NCBI RefSeq assembly: GCF_902459465.1
Contig: NW_022985714.1
Span: 1-64,000, forward strand
Source: Asterias rubens
Taxonomy: Eukaryota
Length of the DNA stretch: 64,000 nt
Direction: 5' to 3'
Shown here: piece by piece, positions 33,563 to 45,100 of the stretch
How positions within the stretch are numbered: the stretch's first letter is position 1
Layout of the letters: each line of letters opens with the position of its first letter
Program-made: the position numbers and the translations under genes
The notes under the pieces: generated by a model
Seen by the model: only the letters and a program-made list of their open reading frames with translations
The model's database searches: none
Told to the model about the DNA's origin: nothing

Positions 33563-36500
33563 TAGTTTCTTTCTAGTGAGAAACTTGTTTTAAAGACATT
33601 GGAATGATTTCTCAAACAGTGTACACACTGGGTACAAACGTTTATCATGTGTGTCATTTTTCTCCTTAATGGGTGTAAAGGTCAAAGGTTAAGTATTTGA
33701 CCTGTGTATCATCAGTAACTAAGTACTTGACAAAACAGACACTGTTAAAGGTTAACTTCACCACATGACCTTTAAGCTTGACCCAACCAACCCGACCAGC
33801 AGTCGCACAAAAGCAGATGCCTTGCAGCAAACTCAGATATATTTCAACTAAAAATAAGTCTTCATGCAATGTTTTGTAGTCTTTTAGAAAGTTCAATATT
33901 AACAGCCCCACTTCAAGATTGCCGAGTTCAGTTTCATGACGGGAAGAGATTATCAAACTGCCGACCCGTGATAAAGCAAAGGGTACAAGGACAATTTATT
34001 TCTGTGTGAAATAAAAAAAAAATTGAAAATGCAATGATGTGAAAACAATTGTTTACTGGTTTGATAAAAATACTGCACAAGGAAATATGATTCTGAGATA
34101 TTGAAGTCAATAATGTGCTCAGAGTTTCATATACAGGAAACTTTTGCCTCTCACCCATTCCATGAAGTCAAAAGTACATGTATTGTGTCCACAGAACAAC
34201 ATCTTAACTTTCCCCTAAAAAATCTCTCATTTAGCAATTTCACCAATACCTTGGCTTGTACATGACTACGAAGTACACAGTGCTCACCTAAAAGCTTCCT
34301 TTTGTAACACATTTTTAGGTAGACATGCAAACAATTGCCTCCATACCCGATAATATTCAGTGCCCTTTGAATAGTTTCTTTTTATAATAAAAAAAACTGC
34401 CTTGCACTTCCAAGAACAACATTTTACCATAGAGAACTGCCTTGCCCTACTAAATAAAACAAAGCACAAGGCGGGAATGGTTCTCATTACTGAGAATTAT
34501 CTCATCTCTCAACAATCTTACTGTCAAAATATTGTCTTTTCTGCACACTGGTAACTTCACCTGAGCATTTCTCAATGATAAAAAGTGTTTTGTAAAATTT
34601 CAGGATACAGACCATAACCTTTCTCAAGGTTTATCTCCTCTTTTTTTTTTTTTTTTCAAGATAACATTGTTCTGAATAGATTGGGATTAATGTTATTTCC
34701 AGTTAAGGAGGGAGCAATGGTAGTATCATTGAAACAAATGATTACATAACATTTAGTGTTTTTTTTTTATTGACTTCCTCTGCATCACTGAACATGTTAA
34801 TAATCATACATGTAGAATTTGAAATTTTGGAACGTCATTCGTTACTTAATTGCAAATGGGTTTATGGAATGTTATTTATTTCATCAACATGACTACAATG
34901 CAACAGGGGTTTTTGGAACGTATTTATTTTCATCATTTATGACTAAAATGAAAAGTGGTCTGTGAAAAACAAGTTTGTTCAATGTGATAAATTGCTTGTT
35001 TAAATTAAAAAATACAATGTACCAGAGCTCTCCAGTAATTGCTCTTTGACATTACAGTACTATCAGTTTCATCAAAGACACCACTGCATGAATGATTAAA
35101 AATATCTAGATGCAGACATTAAATAAAAGTCACAAAATGGATCAACACAATTTTCAAACCGGCTGGCCTGCAAATGATGCATTGACAAAGACTACACACA
35201 CTCAGACATAAAATGTACAGGGAAGATGGCAATGATGTTCCGTTACATAAACATTATTGAATGCGGACTCATCTCTGGGAAACCTTAGCCCACGCAACGC
35301 TACACAGTCCTGCTAGCTGTTTGCAGACAAACACCGCACAATGTCATAGGAGAGAAGCCAATGAAAGGCTACCCTCACTAGCCAGGGTCAATAGTTCACA
35401 CTGAATGCTATCTCTGTCCTCCTATTGGCAGCTGCTTGCTGCTTTGTATGGAGCCTTGTTTGCCAGGTCGCACATATAATTGACCTCAACGACAAGCAAG
35501 CCCAAGCTTCCTGCAGATATGAATGCACATACACACCATTACACTGTGTATATAAATGTGTGCAGTAACATGTACAATTAACTCATACTCATATTCTACA
35601 ATTATGTATGTTATACCTCATTAATAAAATCCCCATGCCACTACTTAAATAAAAACCATGTGTTTTTTAAATATCAGATTAGTTATGTCTCGCTTGTCTG
35701 TTGTAAATTAACCAGGATTCTTTTAGTTGCCATAACATTTGAATAGCTTTGTGACCTTTGGATCTAAGGAACTCTTACAGAGATTTCCTACGTTCTCAAC
35801 AAAGAGAAAATATATGAGTAAACTTAGTACGTATTCGGTATTCAGCATACTAACAAAGAAAGCAGTTTTCACAAGCCAGTCTTCATTCATCGTATTTGGG
35901 GTTCCCAGATGTTATTGCTTGAACAAAGAAATTTTGCTGGAAGGAGAATTAAACCAATAATTTAAAATGTTAGACTGAAATGTGTCTTCGAACTATCTAA
36001 TGATTATTTTCAGTCTAAATTTGCTGGCATGACCGTGACATTTACAGTTACACCTCCATGCCCCCGTCATTGCCCTGGAAGCTTTGAAATCTTCCATTGT
36101 TGGATTTAAGCCAACTCATCTTCAGACATTTATATATTTCTGGAGAAACTGACATTTCCCTGCAGCTTCCTTCAAACATTTGTGTTTTGTTTCATAATGA
36201 GCTTCTTTACTCAGGACATCTAAAATGTTTACAAAATCCTTTGGTCGTACAAAGTCACAGGGAGGGGGCATGTATCTTCTTTTGAGTTTTTTTTCACATG
36301 TTTTATAACCAACTATTTTTAGAACTTTGTCAATGATATGAAAAGAAAATGCTTGATGCAAAACATTTTCCAATGGATTTGAAAAGAAATGAACGTGTAA
36401 ATTGTGTATTGAGTATTCTGAAACAAACATTAAGCAAAATTTGTCAACTAGTTTTTTGTTTTTAATGACAAGTTATTTGTCAGCATTCACCAGACAAAGA

Positions 36501-36983
36501 TTGTTCTAGTCTTAAAAATTGTGGTCAAAGAATAGTATGACACAATGGGCTTTACAGTGAGTATTCTGAAAAAGCAGCAGCAACGATTTTCTGATAGAAA
36601 GTTTCTAATGTGTGATCCTGACTTAAGCGTAGTATCTGAGCATCCACACAAAAGGGTTTGTTGGTCTTAACGAATAGTAAAAGTGATATTTATTTCCTTA
36701 TCAAAATCTTTTCTTGAACATCTTTTGTCCAGTCGCCAGCTTCAACAGAGATGTTTGTATCCAGTAGGACTTTTTGTGATGTCAAATTTACTCTTAGTGT
36801 TTGCAGTCAACCCTCCAACTGTTGTTCCCATTTTCCAGTGAGTTAACCAACCATTTTGGAACCGATCAAATGCGTGGCTGCTGCACAGGCTGTGTTTTGT
36901 GTTAATAGTCAAGTTGGTGCCGACTTGCATAACACTGTATGTTTTAATCATCAAATAATTCCAAACCAAGGTGGAGGATATCA

Positions 36984-37635
36984 ATGGATGGGCCTACTAC
37001 TAGTAGTACTAGGAGGAGTTTACTCACTTCAATGGATAGTACTAGGAGGAGTTTACTCACTTCAATGGATAGTACTAAGAGGAGTTTACTCACTTCAATG
37101 GATAGTACTAGGAGGAGTTTACTCACTTCAATGGATAGTACTAGGAGGAGTTTACTCACTTCAATGGATAATAATGCATGGATGGGCCTACTACTAGTAG
37201 TACTAGGAGGAGTTTACTCACTTCAATGGATAATAATGCATGGATGGGCCTACTACTAGTAGTACTAGGAGGAGTTTACTCACTTCAATGGATAATAATG
37301 CATGGATAGGCCTACTACTAGTAGTACTAGGAGGAGTTTACTCACTTCAATGGATAGTACTAGGAGGAGTTTACTCACTTCAATGGATAGTACTAGGAGG
37401 AGTTTACTCACTTCAATGGATAATAATGCATGGATAGGCCTACTACTAGTAGTAGTACTAGGAGGAGTTTACTCACTTCAATGGATAATAATGCATGGAT
37501 AGGCCTACTACTAGTAGTAGTACTAGGAGGAGTTTACTCACTTCAATGGATAGTACTAGGAGGAGTTTACTCACTTCAATGGATAATAATGCATGGATAG
37601 GCCTACTACTAGGAGGTGTTTGCTCACTTCAATAG
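36984..37635. repeat. Composite minisatellite: about 13 copies of a 33-bp unit interleaved with 29-32-bp identical spacers
   Basis: Unit AGTACTAGGAGGAGTTTACTCACTTCAATGGAT; spacer AATAATGCATGGAT(G/A)GGCCTACTACTAGT; pattern A5-B-A-B-A-B-A3-B-A-B-A2-B-A'. Confidence 0.95.
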
Positions 37636-40274
37636 CTCACTAAGAATATTTTGTCTCCATAGTGTCAGCAACTTCGGTAATTAATAAATATCCATCACTG
37701 AATATTTGCAAACATTACTGTCTTGTAGTAACTAAGAATCTTTTGAGAGGGTCAACATGGAAATCGCCCCAGTTAAAAATTCAATCAACTTCCTAACCAA
37801 ATAATTGGGTCAACTTTAATTTAATTAAATAAGGTCTGGCCAATGTGGCAGCAAGTGAGGCTGCCTGCTATCTAACCCTTCTTGCGATATTGGAAGTGTA
37901 TCAAAGGACTGTCAAAAGCAATTTGCAGGTGGTTACTTGCTATACATGTACATTGAACATTAGACCTATACGATGATGGCAGATGGTTTTACATCTGAAT
38001 ATACTGCACCAACACAAAATCTAAGCAGTCTTGGGTCTTCGCCCACACTGATCATGCAGGCTCTGTATACATTACATTACTTTCTACGAGGCCATTCCAA
38101 TAATACTCATTTACAAAATGTAGGTATTCCACATATGTACGCATTATCTTGGTTCTCTTTCCTGTGCAGTGCAACCATCAATCATAGCACATGGACAACC
38201 TAATGTATTGACTGATTGAGGAAGTAAGCGAGCATTTTTGAAATGTTCAAATTACTTAGTACAATGTACAGTGTGTGAGAATGTGTACCGGTAAATATAA
38301 AATATTAGGCCTAGAGATTCTATTCAATTAAAGTCTCCAATACCAACACAAATATTAAGACAAAGATAACCAAATAATTCGTAGATTTAAGTTTCACTGG
38401 TCCAGGTTGTGAGTTTAATACTGGCCCGATACTAAAATCACTGAGTTGCAGTCCAGTGTGTACATTTTGAACCTGTAACGGTATAAAACTGTACTAGTAA
38501 CAACCTGAAAAGGCTTGTGGACCAGTTTATTGACAAGCAAAATGGTGCCTCTGTAAAGTCACGGAAAAACATGTATAATTTGTTCAACAGGTAACAATGT
38601 TACTGTAACATTTCCTACCTCCATGATTGTAGGTTGGATGGTGTGTTTGTTAAAAACATAGAGGATGGGCATTACAGGAATTATGATTCATTTTCTTCTT
38701 CCTTTTAAAAACTATATGTATTTTATATAGAACTTTACTCGACAAAGTTTTACCTTTTTTTGTAAAATAAATATTGAACCAATGCATTTGATCCACAAAT
38801 TATATAAAACAAACCAAAATAAAAATACAATGTTGGATAATATCCCAAACTATTTTTAAAATGTCTAAGGGTTTACCATATGAAAGTGAATTCCACTGTA
38901 CTGGCCTATTGATGATAAATGAATTGTTTGCTTTCATATTCAGTTAGTTTTAAAGAGACTTTCCATCCATGGTTTGAATTGTGTTGAAAAGAGGAGATAA
39001 AGAGTGGAAATGCAAAGTCAAGTGTGTGGTTGATTATATTTTCCAAGACACTTCACTTTGGGATCTCAGAAGTTAAAAAAAACCCAGTAAAAGTCCTTTT
39101 GATTTGATTTTTTGGGTCTGTTGATGATAATTACAAGAATACATTTTTACACATGACTTGTATAAACAAACGAAAATAAAATTCTATCTTTAGTTAGAGA
39201 TGCGAAAAACAATCAACTAACTAATCAATTGAAAAAAAATTAACAAACAGGGGGACATTATTTTTAGAAACCTTTTGAAGATGCAAATTTATTAATTTGG
39301 TAACAAAAAACAAGAACTTGTCATCTTTGTCAACAATTTATTAGAGGTGAGAAAATAGAATTGAATTTGAATTTTTAATTATATTTATTTATTATTATTT
39401 ATTTATTTAGTAGACTAGAGCGGTGTGCAGAATTAATATTTGGGAATGTAAATAAAATTAAATGCCAAATTGTTATTGTTTACATGCACAATTAGTGAGT
39501 TTCAAGACCAAGCCCTAGAAAAATGCACAATTTAATTTCATGGATGGTCTGCAAAACAGCAATAATCACAATCACGTACATTGCCGGCCCATGCCGCTTC
39601 AACACAGCTCGAGTCCCCGTTGCAACCGCACCCTTTTCCCCTCCGCGGCAGAGCTTTCCCATCCGAAACGGTAACTCGAAAACCGGCCTATTTTAGGTGA
39701 CAGAAACATGCTCAAAAATTCCATGTTTTGACCCAGCGGAAGCAGACATAAATAAGTCAAATCTTGAGGGGATAGGCTAGCGGTTAAGACAGGGTCTCGA
39801 TGGTTTGTCTGAGGCAACCGAGGGGTCATTTTGGTGCACAAAGCGTGCCGCTCCGCGCACAAAGGTCAGCATGTCAAAGTTAAAATGGAAAAGGACATAT
39901 CTAACAACAACAAATCGTCTGGACACGTTTTTCTCCCACCAAATCAACCGCTGATTACACTTAAAATACTACAAGATTATTAAAATAAGTATGGTGGCTA
40001 AAAAAATTGACGGAAAGTGTAACTATTGGATTTAATTCTATGGCTTTCGACATCCAGCTTTCCGAAAACGTCGAGACGTTTCGAAAAAAAAAACTGCTGC
40101 ACAACGCCAAGCATGCTAATCATGCACGATTCCACAAAAGTGTGTGCGACATATGCTTTTCGAAACTCACCGGATTTCGCCATTTTTAAGACACTCTTCT
40201 CGTTGAAAAATCACCAGAATGACAGTCAATGAAATAAGGAACACAAATACGCAAGAAAGATGTATTCTACTCAC

Positions 40275-40400
40275 CTTTTTAGGGTAAAAATGGAGGAAAA
40301 CAACGGCAGAAATGTGAATTAAAAGGTCAGAGTTCGTGACCTTCTCTGGAACCTGAATTTTCTGCAGCGGGATAAAAATTTAGCTGCGCATCAAAAATTT
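40275..40400 (-). other. Non-coding first exon of NR2C (upper boundary approximate)
   Basis: Consensus donor AAAAAG|GTGAGTAG at 40275/40274; no ATG in the exon; lies just downstream of two CCAAT boxes; matching acceptor at 33240/33237. Confidence 0.65.
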
Positions 40401-40428
40401 GCATGGCGAAGCCAACTCCTGCATTGTG

Positions 40429-40452
40429 ATTGGTTATCAATGACATCATTGG
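40429..40452 (-). promoter_or_regulatory. NR2C core promoter: two CCAAT boxes flanking a TGACATCA (CRE/AP-1-like) site
   Basis: ATTGG at 40429-40433 and 40448-40452; imperfect palindrome CAATGACATCATTG between them. Confidence 0.5.
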
Positions 40453-41351
40453 CTGGTCGACGCATTAGCAATGTTCTGATAGGTGCGCCCACCTGAGAGC
40501 AGACGTTTATGCTAATTTCAAATAGCAAATTCATTGTAAAGAAAATGTTGTTTATCAACGAGAAAGGAGTAATTTCTAATAATTTTGAAGATATTTTTAA
40601 AGATAAACAAATGTTGAGATGTAAGGTTTCTAGATGGTTGGGTTTTGGTAGTAGATACGTGGAGGAAAGATATATAAAAGCAGAATGGGCTAGGTGAATT
40701 ATTGGCGGCGGTGCAAATCACAGGAAGGGTACATGGGTATCTGGGGCAAGGGGTGGGGTGTAAAGAGTTTTCGAAGCGGAAGTTTGTGTAACCCATATTA
40801 TTTGTTTTAAACAAACAATGTTATTTTTTGTATTATATTGTGCTTGTTTACTTATACATTATTTTTTGCTCCTTTACTTTTATTTTATTTTATTCATATC
40901 TAGGGGGGGGGCCTCTGTTTGTGGTAGTAGTAGAGGGCTAGGGGTGGTGGGTCTTTAAATGAGTACCCCTTTAAATAAAGGTTAACTTTGGAATTCAGCT
41001 CAAACGAAAATTGAACCGATCAACTGACAAGCCTGGCAGGAAGTCGCACTAGTTTTGAAGACATTACTTCCGAGTTTGCTTATTTTATTCACAAAATCTG
41101 TACTTCTCGGAGCAAAAGTTGAGAATTATTATAAACTGGATCTAGAAATCAAAACTGGATTACTTGAACAGAACAACTGAGGGCGCTATTCTAGTTTAAC
41201 GGTGCACAATTTTATACACCGTGGATGATTGTGGATGATATAAACACGATCCAATGACCAAAACACACGCGTATTGATGATTGTTAATCGGGGCATGATC
41301 GGGGATTTGGGATTTGTGTTCTTTGGTGGTGGGGGTCAACAGGGTTTGTTG

Positions 41352-41462
41352 ACTTCCGGTCCGATCGCTCGAGCATAGAGGAGATAACCGCAGGGAAAGG
41401 TGTGGAATTGGTGAGAAAACCAGATTGTAAATTTGTTGTAGTGTTTGCCTACGACTACGTTG
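41352..41462 (+). promoter_or_regulatory. EOGT promoter ETS site and non-coding first exon
   Basis: ACTTCCGG at 41352-41359 in a CpG-rich patch; ATG-free stretch ending in the donor TTG|GTACGT at 41462; acceptor at 42097/42098. Confidence 0.55.
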
Positions 41463-42114
41463 GTACGTACTCGATCATCGCTGATTCACAGATGATTCAT
41501 GATTGAATAATAATAGTATTAAATACAACAATATTGAATGATTAGGCCTTGCCCTTGACGTTAACGTTAATTAATGGATGGTTTGAAATTAATCTGTGAC
41601 TGTGAATGTGATGTGGTGAGTCTGGTGACCACACTGACACTGCTATGTGACTGCTTGCGACTGATTGTGAATGCTAAAAATAAATTAAAAGTTTGGATTC
41701 CTATTTACTCAGTCATCTGCTACTCTAGAGAGTGCTAGATGCCTCTTTTATTTTTAATTTAAGCAATTGTTTTAAGGAATGATATGGCCCATGATCAGGG
41801 GTAATCATTTCGGAAGCGATTTGAGACGCACTTCGGGCTGTAAAGCACTATTTAAAAATGTATTATCATTGTTATTAATCATGTTAATATCAATTAGTAA
41901 TAATGAGTGTAAAAAAATAGATGCAGGGTTCGACATCTTTTTTGAGAGAGAGGATTTCGGGGCGTGGATTACGGGGTGGCTATTTTGTTTGGGATGTCCT
42001 ATAGTTTGCAAATCAAACTTTCAAAGTGTGATTTCTCACTTTGGATATAAAAAAAAGCAATTTACTAATCGTCTAATACAATATAACTCTGTTTCAGACG
42101 ACTGCATTACAAAC

Positions 42115-45100
42115 ATGAGATCCCAAGACTTCCAGACACTTCCAACAGTCTTACTGGTGCTATGCATAATTCCATCCAGCCATCCCAGTATGGAAACCGC
42201 AGATGTCAATGTCAAACCAGTTTCCTTCGATTCCAACATTGTCGCCTCGCTGCAAGACGAGGGCCCCAGACAAGAAGACGGCGAGTCGCGAGTTACATTC
42301 CAAGATCCCAATCTCCATCCAGACCACTACCGATACTTCTTCAACCGACGACCCGACCAAGCCATGGCCTGTCGGCTGGACAAGTCTTGCCCTTATAAGG
42401 TAGAAAAATATCAACTTCATGTGGATTCTGGTTTGGTGATGAAACCAAGGATGCCAAGACTCTGTCTCAAGGAAGATGTGAGAGAAGGGTTATTCTATTA
42501 TCCCGCGGACAAACACATCCAGTTGCATCTTGGAGGCTACCTCTTAATTGTCTGAAGGGCTAACCATTAGGGCGCAGGGAGCATGTGGCACCCTTTTGAA
42601 GTTCATGCCCCATGGTGCCCTCCGGCCCCCCTTCCCCTCCCCCTCCCTTATTTGAAATCTGGAGATTCTAGGTAACAGGCCTGGAATTTCAGATTTGATT
42701 ATGTTGAAAAAAGCACTTCCATTGGAAAATCTTAAAGTCAATTGGAAACTTTTGAAGGGGCACCAAGGCCAAGACCAGAGGCAACAAAGTGTTATTCCAG
42801 GCCTGAGGTAATGTGCACCACTTTTCAAATTGGAACCAGCCAAAACATCAATAGGTGGTTCCCAGGCCTGATGGAACATCATCTCGGAAAGGGCAAGGCC
42901 ATTTTCATTGGCAAAGGGCACTTCCATTGGAAAATTGTAAAGTCTAGTGAAAATTGTAAAGTGTAGTGGGAACATTTTGAATGGGCACTGAGACCAAGAC
43001 TAGGGGGAACACGAGCCATGGCCTCTGTGGCCCCCTTTGCAATTACATGACTGGGTTCCCTTAAGGGGTTTTGACTACAAATGATACGCAACAAATGTAC
43101 TGACATCTATTTCTTTCTTTATGGCAGGACCAACTTGATTCTTCAGCATGCTGGGGCTATGAGACAGGCTGCACTAGAGAGAACATGTCTGGGTACCCCA
43201 AGATGGGTAAACATCTCCTGGGATGGTAAGAATGGAACATGGGCATCATACCTCAGGCTGTGTACGTCAGAGGCCTCACACTATGGCGGCTTCACACCTC
43301 AGAACACTGCCATTTCAGAGGTCTCATACCTTAGAGGCCCCGTACCTTAGAGGCCCCATACCTTAGAGGCCCCATACCTCAGAGGTCTTACACCTCAAAG
43401 GTCTCATAATTTGGAGGCATCATACCTCAAAGGCATCATACATCAGAGGCTGTGTATGTCGGAGGCCTTGCACCTCGGTGGCTTCACACCTCAGAACACT
43501 GCCACTTCAGAGGTCTCATACCTTAGAGGCCCCATACCTCAGATGCCTCAAACCTCGGTATCTTACACCTCAAAGGTCTCATAACTCGGAGGCATCATAC
43601 CTCAGAGGCATCATACATCAGAGGCCTCAAACCTCAGAGCCCTCTAACCTCAGTAGTCTCATAATACCAAAGAGGCCTTACACGTTAGAGGGCCTAATAC
43701 CTCATAGGCTGTGTACGTCTGAGGCCTCACACTTTGGCGGTTTCACACCTCAGAACACTGCCACTTCAGAGGTCTCCTGCCACTTCAGAGGTCTCATATC
43801 TTAGAGTCCTATAACTCAGAGGCCTCAAACCTCAGAGCCCTCTAACCTCAGTAGTCTCATAATACCAAAGAGGCCTTAAACATTAGAGGGCTTCACACCT
43901 CAGAACACTGCCACTTGAGAGGTCTTATACCTTAGAGGCCTCATACCTTAAATGCCTGTAACTAGAGGACTTGCTTCTCTGGCTTCATACGTGTACCTCA
44001 GACTGGGCCTCCCACCTCAGAGGCCTTATACCTCAAAGACCTCACCTCTGAGGCTGTGTACCTGGGAGGCCTTGCACCTCAGAAGCCTCATTTATCTGGG
44101 GCCTGATGCCTCAGGCTCATACCTCAGAGGTATTGTACCTCCGAGGACACATACCTCAGAGGCCTCCATGCCCTGGTCAAATATTTATCTCGTACAGGTG
44201 ATATTTACCAATAAGGAACTACTGCTTTGCCCTATAGATCCAAAGCTTTTTTTTTAGAGTAAATAGTATACTGCCGTTGCAAAATGCTTACCAATTAAAA
44301 TGACCTATGGTAATACCATAGAAATTGCAAACAAGTTGTCCGACCCAAGCCTTCTCTCCCAAAGGCTTACTCATTTAGCCTGTGAGAAAGTCTCTGTTAC
44401 GGTCCAAACATGAGACTATTACCAGATTTCATAAAAAAGATATTCGGTCTGCAAGATGGTCCTTTAATTTGAAATTCAATTTCAATCAGAACTATTTACT
44501 TCCTTTCTCATGAAATTATTTTAAAAAAACAAGTTCATCAGCAGTTTCATTGCTCATCAGAGATCATTGATGGCGTTGACTCCACCGCACTCCTCCGACC
44601 AACAAAACTTCAATAAAAACATTAAACATTTATTACTTGTAAAATATTTCTCAACCGATTTCTTTCTGTAGGTTCCGCACCGAGGAAGCTCAGCTGGAAC
44701 AGTTCTGGACTGAAGGAGATTTTGGTTACGTTAAAAAGATTCTAGACGAGGGTTTCTATCAGCTGTGCTCGCCTAAAACAGAGGTTTGTTCAGGTTTTTT
44801 TTGTGATTCAAATCCTCTGTCTGACATTTAATTTTAAATGCTTGATACACTATACAAAAGCTATCAAGAAGGTACTCGAGTAGTACCCAATTAAAAGAAT
44901 CTATACAGTACACAGTCAACCCTCCTACTGACTGACCATTATCATCCACTGTTTAAAAAAAAAAGATAGATAAACCATGTAATGTGATATTGTGTGGTGA
45001 AAGAATCTACACAGTACACAGTCAACCCTCCTACTCACTGACTGACCATTATCATCCACTGTGTTTTTTTTCAATGACAGATAAACTATGTTATACTATA

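Noticed and set aside
36856-37502. Several repetitive ORFs ([22 protein letters not shown])
   Set aside because: By-products of a 33-bp (3n) stop-free repeat; no splice or start context.
36984-37635. CRISPR-like alternation of 33-bp repeats and ~30-bp spacers
   Set aside because: Spacers are identical to each other, repeats also occur back-to-back, there are no cas genes, and the context is a spliceosomal intron.
40062-40085. Palindrome CGAAAACGTC-GA-GACGTTTCG resembling a hammerhead stem III
   Set aside because: No CUGANGA core or stem II nearby on either strand.
41779-42097. N-terminal extension of the 258-aa ORF over EOGT exon 2
   Set aside because: Lies upstream of a good acceptor (TGTTTCAG, 42097); the signal peptide begins at ATG 42115.
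43081-44257. ORFs of 89-108 aa rich in SEAS/PQR
   Set aside because: Translations of the CCTCAGAGG array; the real exon (43128-43225) is in another frame.
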